The notes below the pieces were generated by a model, which was not told the origin of the DNA, made no database searches, and saw only the letters and a list, made by a program, of their open reading frames with translations. A stretch of 64,000 nt of DNA from Eledone cirrhosa (lineage: Eukaryota): contig CAXHJY010000424.1 in NCBI GenBank assembly GCA_964016885.1, positions 62,001-126,000 on the forward strand, in the 5' to 3' direction. Each line of letters opens with the position of its first letter. Position 1 is the first letter of the stretch. The translations under genes were made by a program, and so were the position numbers. Shown here one piece after another: positions 25,242-37,400 of this stretch.

Positions 25242-26985
25242 CAAAACTTCTGCGCAAACAGTCATCAAGACATAAGAATTCAAAGATCTCGATATCTCCA
25301 ATGCAAAACAGATGCTCTCTGAAGCAAAGGAGTTTATCACTTTCGGTGAAAACGGGGGATTTCAGATAAACTCACCCCCAGAAATTCGTCTGGAAATATT
25401 TCGAAGGACAATTACCTTCAGAACTGTTTCAAATGAAACAAAACGACCAACATTCCTCAGTCAAGGGGAAATAGAGGCAACCTTGAAGGAGATATTGCCA
25501 AACATTGACTTTATGCAGAGGGCCAAACAGTACGGGAGTATTTCGGTACTCCTCAAAAGCGAGGCCCTTGCACAAAGATATTCAGTGACGCCAATACTGT
25601 CACAAAAATACACCTTTTTCCCTACATACCTGGGAAAAAGGACACAGAAAATTAGAGTTTCAAACATACCACCAAATATTAATATTTGGTGGATATTGGC
25701 AGGATTTTTACAGGAGAGAAAAGACACTATTCTCTCCATCAAAAAGTCAACCAGACACACCTGGTCTGGTGGACATTTGGAGATTCTGGTGCAAATGAGC
25801 CCGGAAAGAATCTCCAAAATACCAGAAAAAGTGCTGGTGGACAACAACAGCCACATAAACATTGCAGTTGAGGGACGAAAACCACATTGCTTTCGTTGCA
25901 ATAGCACCACATACCTAAATGCCTCCTGCGCTTTACAAACACGCTCAATCAAAACAATACAAAAGAAAACACTGTTACCAACACCAACACCAAAACAACC
26001 ACCACCACAAGAACAACAACTCACGAAACAAGCAAACTCACCAAAATAAACAGCCACTCAACCAACAGCAACAGAAAAAAACACAGACAACACCCCTGAA
26101 GAACACAGCCCCACCCCATCCCACTCCATCAAACCCTACCACAAACACACACACCGAAACACCACCACCACACAACATACCCCTACCCCACACTCATGAC
26201 GATGCTTATTCATCGACAGATGAGGCTGCTTCTCCTTCTTTAAGTGAAGAAGAGGGAGAGCCTCGGAAATCTAAAAAACAAAAAAAGAGACACCACAAAA
26301 CCCGCAAAACTCCAATCACCAACACCAACACACAACCACAGACACAAACAACACCACAGTCAAACATCCCCCTACCAGCAAAACCAACACCAACACCACC
26401 CCAAACACAAGCACCCACCATAAAAAGAAAACTCCCGGGCGAACAACAAACTAAAACAACACAACAAAAACACAAACAACAATACGCATACATCAACACA
26501 AACAGCAAGAGTTTGATGGAGGTCATCTCCCAAAACCCCAAGGTGGAGACGGAGGGCAAAACTTTCGTCAAAGCAGAATCGTCTCCACACCTTAAACTTA
26601 TAAGGGTTTCTATGGAGACCTATAGTGACCTAAAAAATAAATTTTCACAGGACGTGGGCAACCCCTGCCAGAAACCCATCAACCGCGTCCTGTTAAAATG
26701 TTTCCCCACCCCACCCAACACCCCATCCAGCACCCAAATGGAGATTGAACAACCCGATCTCCAGGAAACGAAAAGGTAAGTGAACCTTTTCGTCCATTTT
26801 CTCCAACTCTTCTTCACCAACATGGCTAGTTTAAGAGTTGGAAGCCTGAATGTGTTGACCTGGAAACAGGGCCAACTTTTAAACGACCTTAGGTCACACA
26901 GTATGGATGTGATAGCCATCACCGTGTCCAGGATCCACAACAGGCAGCAACTAACCCCCATCTTCGAGGACTTTGAGATATTTCT
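24488..26985 (+). mobile_element. Tx1/L1-clade LINE 5' part: 5' UTR, ORF1 (frameshifted) and start of ORF2 APE endonuclease
   Basis: ORF1 with N/S/T low-complexity region, CFRCNSTTYLNASC knuckle and Pro/Thr/Lys-rich tail; ORF2 start MASLRVGSLNV at 26822, truncated at ~26985. Confidence 0.85.
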
Positions 26986-27205
26986 GGGTGAGGGCCTCGC
27001 TTTTAAAGAGCACCGAGATGCTCCCGTACTGCTTGGTCCTCTGGAGGTAAGCAATGTCTGGCATTGCCTCCTTTAGTGCGGTTTCCACCGTGCTATTGCT
27101 TAGAGCCATGGGTTTCTTGGTTTGTGAGCAGATAGTCCGGAATAAAATTGTTTTTCTTAAGGTCGCAGCCATAATTTCCGGTGGAGTACTTATGCGAAAA
27201 CCGTT
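26986..27205 (-). mobile_element. Inverted Tx1 ORF1 fragment of a diverged subfamily
   Basis: TILFRTI..ETALKEAMPDIAYLQRTKQYGSISVLFKSEAL, homologous but not identical to 25410-25570. Confidence 0.75.
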
Positions 27206-27214
27206 CCCCTCGAA

Positions 27215-27445
27215 AGTTATGCGTTGGAGCGAGTACCTTCCTATTGTGTTATTAGGAATTCGGTCATCAATAAAGGAGGACCTTGGGTTCTCCCCGGCCG
27301 AATTATTGTATGGTGCTCCTCTAGCGTTTCCTGGGCAAATGCTTGCCCCTGTTGATCTTGATTTTCAGGACTCTCTTTCCTACGTATCTCGTTTGCGCTC
27401 CTATTTTCAGGACTTACCGCCTGTATTCACGAGGAAGCCTCTTCC
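27215..27445 (+). mobile_element. Gypsy/Ty3 integrase C-terminal fragment
   Basis: WSEYLPIVLLGIRSSIKEDLGFSPAELLYGAPLAFPGQ. Confidence 0.85.
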
Positions 27446-29296
27446 AGACATAAGGTCCTTGATGAAGAAATGGCAGTTTGGTAGCTTTATTCTGAGGTTA
27501 ACTGCCGCCGTCAGCGAACCTCTCTGGCGTTTCCCGACATCAGAAACGAACACGGCTGCAAACAGTGGTTCGCGTTCTCAGCAAAACGCTCGTGGTACCA
27601 GCATAAAGATGAAGCTGGTGACATGGGGCCGTGTCTGAAAGAGTAAGATCTACCGCGGCTGCGCGAGCGCGACCGAGCACCACTAGAGGCCTTGAGCGTC
27701 TGTATCTCCAGGGTTAGTTCCAGAATGGCTTTCTGCATAGCCATTATAGCTGCGCTGTCTGTATGAGTTGCCACGCAGGTGGAATGGCCAGGTGTGGCCT
27801 GAGCTGGGTGAGAAACAGTGGCAAGGGCCTCGCTGCCTCCAGCACCCGTAACCTCAAAAACTTTGTCCGCAGAGGCGGCCAGTTGGTCCACAGAATATGC
27901 ATCCCTAATGGGGGGCCAAAATTGCTCGAAAGTTGGTCGGTAGCCGTGAGAAAAACAACTGCTTGAACAACGCAGTTTCCGCTGCCGACCCATCTGTTAG
28001 GTCTTTCATTCGACGTAAGAGGTTCGATGGAGTGCCATCGCCGATATGCTCCAGATGGACCAGAGCCCTAAATCGTTTCTCGGCGGACTGTGCAATCCGG
28101 CTGAGTATTTCGGCCTTCAACGACTGGTAAGTAGCGTCAGTCGGTGTCTCCAATACGAGATCCTTAATAATTGGTAGAAGTGCCGGAGGAAAGGCGCTAA
28201 GGACGAGGGGACGTTGCTGTGCCTCATCGATTTTGTTAGCCTCGAAAAATGCTTCCATTTGAGCGAACCATAACTTCACGTCGCCCGTGTAAGTAGGGAG
28301 AATGGAATGAGATGCCATTGGTGCAATCTCAGGAAGCGGCCAAAATGCGTCTCCGTATAGAAAAATACCTCGGCCACAAGGGAAAAAGAAAATAAATCCA
28401 CTTGTTTTTTTTCTGTCAAACAACCGGACAGGAAAGAGAATGCATCCGAGATAACGTGTAAAGGAACGACTAATCAAGCAATGGCATTAACAATACATTT
28501 ACAGCGAACCTAAAACAAAAACCAACATGGCGCACAGTTTCGCGCCAAAAAAAAACATTTGATGGAGAAGAAAGCCGCCATCTTGACATCTTCAAAAATT
28601 ATACAGATAGGGAAAGAAAAAAAAAAGAAAATATTTATACAATCGTTCTTTTACTAGGAAGCTAGCAGCATTGTTTTTTGTTGTGTAAATAATTTGAGAC
28701 TTCGTACAACACAGATGAGGAGTTTGGTAATTAAATATTACCAAGAAAGTTGTTGATGCAGCCATATCAGAATAGTAAATGCAGCCATATCAGAATAAAA
28801 AAAAACGTGCTGTTTTCTTTTCTTTTTTTTTATATAATACCATATCTTATTATTTTTTTCGGGGTCACCACTTTAGAATAATGGTATTATCAATATATTA
28901 TTATAACAGTTTTGGAAATAACATAAAAGGCTGATTTACTTTTTTGTAGAAAGGTTTACTTCATGGAAGTCAAACATAGAACAATACATATATTACCGGA
29001 GTTATGAAGGTTGTTGATGGTCCAGGTGGCTGAGTAGATTGAGACCGAAGTGGGTGCTGGAGTTTGCTCTTGGTATATTTTACTTCACGTGTTGTGAGTA
29101 AACTTAAAAGGTTGGAGAAGGCACAATTCATCTTCTGCTGGGTGCCAAAGAGATAGAATGCTCTGGCAGACTCAATATATAGTCCCCATGGGGACGTAAC
29201 TCCGATTATATCTTGTAGGTGACACTAGGGGTCGCTACCGCCCCCAAGGGACATAACTCTCATGAGTTCTGGGTTTCACCGCTAGGAGTCTCTACA
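27446..29296 (-). mobile_element. Gypsy/Ty3 5' portion: LTR (~28872-29296), PBS, gag (frameshifted) and start of pol
   Basis: gag LPTYTGDVKLWFAQMEAFF..GDGTPSNLLRRM..LFFSRLP, RSRSRS, CWYHERF..C..PC. LTR starts TGTAGA and ends TCTAAA one base before the PBS. Confidence 0.85.
28859..28870 (-). promoter_or_regulatory. Primer binding site, complementary to the 3' end of tRNA-Trp
   Basis: TGGTGACCCCGA on the minus strand immediately after the LTR. Confidence 0.75.
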
Positions 29297-29317
29297 GATA
29301 TATATATATATATATAC

Positions 29318-29705
29318 GTAGGTCCCGGGTTGAGTCGAGGATAACCACAGTAAGTAAGGTACTCAATACATGGCAGAGTAAAATATATTTATTGTATAGA
29401 AGGAGCTTCTACAGGACTAGTACTGTTTCATTCAGATGAAATCTTCAGGAAGCTGGGTGTCATATTAAGTTCTGGTATTTATACATTTAGGTAGTGGTAA
29501 GGGAGGGGTGGTGGCTGGGGGGGGGGGGGGTGATTTTTTGGGTAGGATGGTATTTAGATACACAGGACCACAACATGGCACAGACCGTTTTTTCTTTGGG
29601 GAGTGGTCAATTAGCCAGAGTGCTTTTGTAAAATAAAAGGAAAAGAAAAAGAAAAAGTAAATAAATAAGTAAATAAATAAATAAATAAATAAATGAATAA
29701 ATAGA

Positions 29706-29748
<43 letters not shown>

Positions 29749-29883
29749 AAATAAAATAAATAAAAACCCCAAGAATAGTAACTCAACAGATTTATAGTAG
29801 GGAAATTATTTTAGGTGGGTTGCAGTCATGTCCGGGATCTCTGTGTATAATTCATTGTCGCTTAGGTGTTCAAAGGCTAGGTT

Positions 29884-29933
<50 letters not shown>

Positions 29934-31103
29934 AACCTAGCCTTTGAACACCTAAGCGACAATGAATTATACACAGAGATCTCGGACATGACTGCAGCCC
30001 AGATCGAAAAACAGACAAACTCCATTTGGTTCGATATCTGTAGGAGAAGACAACTCCCAAATAAAGTTAAGCTCAACTACACCACTAGAAATAGCAGACT
30101 GCCCACTTTCTACCACCTCATCAAGACCCATGAGAATAGCACTAAGACGCAAATAAGACCCATCGTCTCTAGCATAGAAGGACCCCTATACAAAATTTCC
30201 TGGCTCCTCTCCCAGGTCCTCAAGCCTCTACTCTCCACCTTTCCCGGGCATGTCAGTAGCTCCGACGAAGTCATACGTAGACTACACCAACTCCAGCCAG
30301 AACAACTTAAACTAAATAAATACGCTTTTAGCCTCGACGTTGTCTCACTCTACACTACAGTCCCCGCTCATCCAGCTGTCGATTTATTGACGGACTGCGT
30401 GGTCGCAGAGGACATCCACTGCTACGGCCTCCACCCGACGGACATACACCAGCTTTTGTCCTTCACAGTAGACAATACGTACTTCACCTTCCACCACCAC
30501 ACATACAGACAGACAACAGGATTACCCATGGGATCCAGCCTATCGGGCCTGCTGGCCATCACCTACATGAACCAGCTAGAATGCCGAGCCCTCAACACCT
30601 GCCATTCCCATGCCTTCTTCACCCGATATGTAGATGACATACTCATCCTCACATCATCCCGTGAGGAGGCAGATAAAATATACACAACATTCTCCAGCAT
30701 GGACGCCAGTATAAAGTTCAGCATGGAACACCCCGATGACCGCGGATCCCTATCCCTACTGGACTTTCAACTCAGGGTAACAGAGGATGGCAACATCCAC
30801 ACCTGCTTCTATAAAAAAGCCGCCAGCAGGGACCTGTTCGTACATTTCAGATCGGCCCTCCCACTCGGTGCCAAGTTCGGATACATAAGGAACGAACTGG
30901 CACGTATCCGGAACAAATGCACCGACGCTAGAGACCGAGACACACACACCACACATTTCCTGGAAGTACTCAAACTGAACGGATACACGACATCCACCAC
31001 AAACCGTGCCAGAAAGAACAGAAGACACCACACCCGAGGCACTAACACTTGCTTCCTGAAGCTCCCACACTTCAGTGAAGAAACAACAACAGCCATCCGC
31101 AGA
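29318..31103 (+). mobile_element. Penelope-like element (Poseidon-like RT) preceded by an inverted pLTR-like segment; 3' end cut by a Tx1 LINE
   Basis: Open frame 29928-31103: LPTFYHLIKTH, IRPIVS, FSLDVVSLYTTVP, YRQTTGLPMGSSLS, RYVDD, LSLLD. Starts at a TA run. Linkage of the pLTR to this RT is inferred. Confidence 0.85.
29404..29454 (-). ncRNA. Type I hammerhead ribozyme
   Basis: AGCTTC-CTGAAGA-TTTCATCTGAAT-GAAA-CAGTACTAGTCCTG-TA-GAAGCT: 6-bp helix I, near-palindromic stem III, GUA site. Confidence 0.75.
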
Positions 31104-34100
31104 GCCAAAATCTGTAACTCTGTGTTTAGCAGAGTTATGGGCCGGAAGTTGCCTATGTCATCCCCTTATTCTCGTCCTTCCTGACTAGTGTGACTACGCC
31201 CTCGGTTACAGAACTGGGAATTCTCCCGTTCTGTTGCCAGTTGCAGTAGACCGCTTCCAGGAGACCGGAGAATAAGTCCGGCATTGCTACGTAAAATTCG
31301 TAGGGTAGACCGTCGAGACCTGGAGATTTGCGTTTGCCGCATTGGCTCAGCGCGTCCCCTATCTCAGCGGCTGAAATCGGCTTTTCGCAGAACTTTGCCT
31401 CGCTGTCCGAGAGGAGTCGCGGTAGGCCGTCGAGGTATGTACCGAAATCCATAGCCCCTCCCGGCACCCCGCCCCGCCCGAACAGTTGAGCAAAGTGCCG
31501 CTGAAAGGCCGCACACATCTGCTTCGGCTCACGTATCACGCGTCCGTTTTGGTCCTTCAAAGACCAAATCGTGGACTTGTTGCCACTTTTTGTCACTCGG
31601 GCCCAGCTAACAGCTTTGGCTCCCTCGTTTCCCAGAGCACGTATTTTGCTTCTGACAACGCAGCCCTCGTGCTTTGCGTCGAAGAACTGGTCCAAGGCCG
31701 TTCTCGTTGCTAGCACGCTGGCTATGTTGCCACTACTAATTGCCTCTTCTACTTTATCTACCAGTTCCTTCTCGGTTCTATTTCTAACTAACGCTAATTC
31801 TTTACTAAAAACTAACGAGTCTAATCTAACTGCCCTCTTGAGAGAGTACCACCATCTGTTGTTGACAATGGCCCCTGTCAAGTGCTGTTTAACTAAAGTG
31901 CTAATCCGTCTACTGTAAGCTTTGCTTGTCGGTAACGACAAGTTCAGCTTCCAGTAGCCGGGTCCTTGTCTATGGGTTCTATCAAGGTTGGCCATGCAGG
32001 TCACTAGTTTGTGATCTGAATAAGCAACCATGAACATTTGTGGACAGCTTAACATGTCCCTATCCTTATTTCTAACTAGAACCCTATCTAGGTACGATCT
32101 AGATGTTCCGCTACGATTAGTCCACGTCCACAGTGGCACAGTCGGAAAATCTAGTCGATATCTATCGGGCAGGTCAAATCGGTCGATTAACTGTTTGAGG
32201 TTGTTACACCCCCCTTTATCGGGACATGCTCCCACATAGTCCCAACGTGCATCTAGGATTCCATTCCAGTCCCTCACTAAAAGCAAGGAGCGGGACGTTC
32301 CCAGAAAAGTCTCTAGACGTTTGAAGAAGTCTGGTCGCGGTGTCCCGGATTTGCGGCCACCAGCCTGAAGGCTCCACCTTCACTACCGTCAACGTCTAGG
32401 ACCACCAGTCGACCCTCCGGGTCCAGATGTACCGTCTGTGTTACGAGGCCCAGGTGTTTCCGCAGCAAAACGGCAACTCCGCCCCACCCCCCGGTTGACA
32501 GAGAGATGCATAGATCTCAAAGTCATCGAAGATGGGGGCCAGCTGTCGCTCGCTGTGGATCCTGGACTCGCAAATGGCTACCACATCCATACTGTGCGAC
32601 CTGAGGTCGTTTAAGAGTTTGCCCTGTTTCCAGGGCATCCCCAGGTCGCGTACGTTCACACATCCAACTCTTATATTGGCCATATTGGTGCTGAAAAGTT
32701 AAAAGAGGAAAAGAGATCACTCACCCTTCGTCTCCTGGGGACCAGGCTGCACGATTTCCATGGGGGTGTTAGAGGGGTTGTCTGGGTGGGTGGTGGTTTC
32801 CGGCGGGGTGGGGAAGGAGATGTTTGGTGGGGTGGGGTCTGGTGGGATGGGGGTGTCTGGTGTGGGGAGACATTTGAGAAGGACGCGGTTAAGTGGTTTC
32901 ACGCAGGAATTCCCCACATCCTTTTCAAATGTTTCTTTTAGGGACCTATAAGTTTGTATAGGGACCCTAATCAGTTTTAGGTTCAGTTTTTTGTTATTTT
33001 TAATAGAGTGGCCGAAATGTTCGTGATGGTCTCCATTAGTGTTTTGTTTTCAGTGTTTATGTAAGTGTAAGTGTAATTTTCTTGTGTTGTGTTTGTTTTT
33101 GTCTGTAGTTCTTGTGTGTGCTTTCGTTTTGTTGTAGGTATTTTGTTTTCAGGAGGTGGGGGTTTTGTTTGTGATGTTTTTGTTGTTTGTGTTGTAGTTG
33201 TATGTTTGTGGTAGTGTTTGCTGGTTTTTTGCTTTTGTGATGTCTTTTTTTTTCTTTTCGAGCGATGGGGTTCTCCCTTGTCTTCACTGGGTGATGGCGA
33301 GATAGCCTCATCTGTTGTATCGTCTGTGTGATTGGGGAGGGGTATGTCTTGGGGAGCTGGTGTGTCTGTATGTGATTTTGCAGTGGTTTTAGGTGGAGTG
33401 GGGTTGGGTGGGACTGTGTCTGTTGTGGTTATTTTTGTGTGTTGGTGTTGTTGTTGTTGTGGTGGTGTTGGTGGTTGTGTTGTTTTGATGGGTGTCAGCA
33501 GAAGAGCCTTTTTTTGACTCATTAATTTAGGACAGGAAGCCATCAGGTGACCCCTGCTAAAGCAATGGTTACATGAAGGCCCCCTATCCTCAACCGAAAA
33601 GTTTATGTAGGTGAGTCCGTCCAGGAGTAGACGTTGTGGGATCATAGCTATTCGCTCTGGGCTCATTTGCACCAGAACTTCAACGCTAGTCCCATTGAAT
33701 ACATCTCTGGGGGACTTTCCTACTGACAGTATTTTGTCTTCATCAAAATTGATGAAGCCGCACAGTATCCACCATATGTTCACCTTTGGTGTGACACTCG
33801 TGATTTTAATCTTTTGTGTCCTTTTTCCCATCTATGTAGGGAAAAAGGTATACAGGTTGGATACAATTGGCGACACAGAGTAATTTTGGGCCGTCAATTG
33901 ATCCTTCATGAGTACCGAAATACTCCCAAAGAGTTTGCTTCTTTGAATGAATGAAATATCATTCATTGAATTTTTGAAAACCAGTTCAATTTCCTTCTGT
34001 GAGAATTGCACTGGTTTTCGGGTAGAATTGGAAACTGTCCTAAAAACTATCGTTTTGAGAGCAGTTTCCTTGCGAATTTCTACCGGAGAATTGATGCTGA

Positions 34101-34460
34101 AAGCACCCTTTTTTTCGAAAGTGACATATTTCCTAGCGTCCTTTAAAAGTTGTTCGGCATTTGTTATGTCGAGATATGTTAGTTTCTCCTTTTTCTGAAC
34201 TGTCTGTGCAAAGGAGATTTTTGGTTTCTTTGTGGAATTATCCGTGTTGGTGGAGTTGTCATTATTGTTGTTATTGTTGTTGTTATTCTTGTTGTCACTG
34301 ATGTTGATATTATTCGTATTTTCCTTGTTCTTGGTGTTGGTGTTGTTGTTTTCTTTGATGCTGGTGTTATTCGTGTTGTCTTTATTTTTTTCTTTGTTGT
34401 TGTTGTCATTGTCGTTTTTATCATCATTATTGGTGTTGTTGTTGTTATTTTTGTTGTCAT
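31104..34460 (-). mobile_element. Tx1/L1-clade LINE: ORF1 + ORF2 APE endonuclease to start of RT, truncated at both ends
   Basis: ORF1 knuckle CNHCFSRGHLMASC; ORF2 MANIRVGCVNV (32683), DWN, WTW..SYLDR, YSDH, GPGYWKLN, KSPGLDG. Confidence 0.9.
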
Positions 34461-37400
34461 CCCTCTATAGAATGTCGAGTCTCCACTGATTGCTGTACCC
34501 GCTTGCCAGAGGACTGTGAGCGCCTGAGCGCATTCAATGTGCTAGGCGCCCATCGTTTCGGTCTTTTCTTGACCGAGGACTGCAGCTCCGTCAGCGAGAC
34601 GAGCTGTGGGAAAGCCTGTCTCACAAACGGTGCCCACACCGGTTGGGGGTCGGTGAGGAATGCCTGGAGATGCCGCAGCCTCAGCGCATGTTTGCGCATA
34701 TATCAGCCATGGCATTCCCAGCCCTCCGTTGGAAGGGTGCTGACAGCAGACGGATCTCCTCACCAGCGGAGCCTGCTTCTTCCACAGAAACTGGAAGAGG
34801 ATGCGTTCCATCTTGGCGAGGTGTTCACGGGGACAAGGCACGACAGTTAAGCGGTAGTAGATGACGGACGCTATGAAAGTGTTCGCCACCTCCGTTCGAC
34901 TTTTCAAGGACAGTTTGCACTCTGTCCACTTCTGGGTGAGCGCAAACACCTTGGCCGTGACCTCGTTCCAGTTTTTCTCCACCTGGAGGTCTGGACCGAA
35001 CCAGATCCCGAGCCATTTCACCGGTCCGTCCGTCCAGCGTCCAGAGACGCTGTCGGAGGTCATCGATTCCTCTCCACGTACCGAGTTGCAAACCGACAGA
35101 CTTGTCCGGGTTTTGTTTTATCCCGTCAGCGTTTCGTATTCTTTCGTTAAGTTGCCGATCACCCCGATTTCCGAGGTACTCGACACCATTACTGTCACGT
35201 CGTCGGCATAAGCCGACGCCGCTTTGCGTAGTCCCGGTTCTAGAGGGATGCCCTGCAACAGCTCCAATTTCCGCAGTAGTGGCTCTAGAATCAATACATA
35301 CAGAATGAAGGAGAGAGAGCACCCCTGTCGAATGGAACGTGTGATTGCGAACGGCTCCGATAGGTAGCTGTTCACCTTGACCATCGAGCAGATGCTGGTG
35401 TGCATCGCCTCGATCCAGCCTCTGAAAACGGGACCGAAACGGGCCGCCTTTTGAACCGCTTCCAAGTATCGATGGTCGACCCTATCGAATGCCTTAGACT
35501 GATCCAAATTGATCAGAGCCTCACCGAAGCCGCGTTTACTACCCACCTTCTCTATGATGTATCGCATGAGGTGGAGGTTGTCGTGTATGGACCTGGTCTG
35601 GATTGCACACGTTTGCGCTTTCTCTACAGGTTTCTCGACGACAAGCGCCAACCTCGTCTCTAGCACCTTGGCCAACATCTTTAACCCTGTGTTGAGTAGA
35701 GTTATGGGCCTGAAGTTGTTAATTTCGTCCCCCTTGTTCTCGTCTTTCCTGATCAGCGTTACTACGCTCTTGCCTGCAGAACTGGGAATTCTCCGGTTCT
35801 GCTGCCAATTGCAGTAGACGGCTTCCAGGACGCCAGAGAACAAGTCCGGCATGCCTATGTAAAACTCATAGGGTAGACCATCTAGACCGTGTGACTTGCG
35901 TTTTCCGCAGCGGCCCAGAGCATCCCGTATCTCAGTGTCCGTGATCGGTCTTTCGCAGAACTCGGTGTCCGTGTTCGAGATACGCGGCAGGCCGTCGAGG
36001 TATGAACTAAAGTCCATTGCCCCGTGCGGCTCACCGTCGTTCTGCTCAACAGTCGCGCAAAGTGCTGCTGAAAGGCCGCGCACATTTGCTTGGGGTCAAG
36101 TAGAACGCGTTCGTTTTGGTCTTTCAAAGACCGAATCGTGGACGACTTGTTGCCACTTTTTGTCTCCGCCACTCGGGCCCAGCTGACAGCTTTCGCTCCT
36201 TCGTTTCCTAGAGCACGTGTTTTGCTTCTGACCACGCAGCCTTCGTGTTTCGCATCGAAGAACTGGTCCAGTGCCGTTCTCGACGCTAACACTCTAGGCG
36301 CGTTGCCACTTCTAAGTGCCTCCTCTACCTTGGCTACTAGTTCTCTTTCTATTCTGTTTTTCTCTAAGGCTAACTCTCTGCTATACCCTATCGATTCTAT
36401 TCTAATTGCTTTCTTGAGAGAGTACCACCATTTATTGTTGACGATGGCTCCCGTTAACTGTTTCTTGACTAGTCTACTTATCCGTTCACTGTAAACTTTA
36501 CGTGCCGGCAACGACACGTTCAGCTTCCAGTATCCGGGTCCCTGTCTATGTGTTCTATCACGGTTGACTAAGCAGACGACTAATTTGTGATCTGAATAGG
36601 CAACTATGTGCATTCGTGGACAGCTTAGCATCTCATTGTCCCTTTCTCTAATGAAGAACCTATCTAAATACGATCTAGATGTCACGCTGCGGTTTGCCCA
36701 CGTCCACTGTGATGCGGTCGGGAAATCCAGTCGATACCTATCGGCCAGTTGGAATTGGCTGATTAAAGTTTTGAGTCTGTTGCACCCTCCTCTACTGGGA
36801 CATGCTCCCACATAGTCCCAACGTGCATCTAGGATACCCTTCCAGTCCCCCACTAAAAGTAAGGAGCGAGACGTTCCCAGAAAAGACTCTAGACGCTTAA
36901 AGAAGTCTGGCCGTGATTGCGATTGCCCGGTCGGGGCATAAACGGCCACCAGTCTGAAGGCTCCACCTCCAATACTGTTCACGCCTAGGACTACCAGTCT
37001 ACCCTCCGGGTCCAAGTGTACTTGCTGTACTTCGACATCAAGGTTCTTCCAAAACATGACAGCCACTCCACTTCCACCTCCTGGCTGACTTCAGAAGGAA
37101 GGTGAGAGTGGAGAGAGAGGTGCTACACCCCAGTAAATTCGCTGAAAGGTGGGTGATTGTGGCGAAAATGGCCCGAGTGAATGGGCCTTCTCTGTATATA
37201 AACCTGTAGTTTGAGGAAGATAAACAGAGGGAAGACGGGAACACATACAACACGTGCTCCTGGTGTTGAGGGTTGTTCTATCCACGGGGTGTAAAACAAC
37301 CCCGCAGTAACGTCCCTCTTATTGGGGATTTCGATTGTTTTATTTTATATATAGTCTATTGTTAAGGTCTATTGTCTAGTGATCCTGAACCGCATGCGTG

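Noticed and set aside
29820-31184. 454-aa ORF as an intact gene or telomerase-like RT
   Set aside because: Chimeric: the N-terminus comes from the palindrome and TA run, the C-terminus from antisense Tx1, and the core is a truncated PLE RT.
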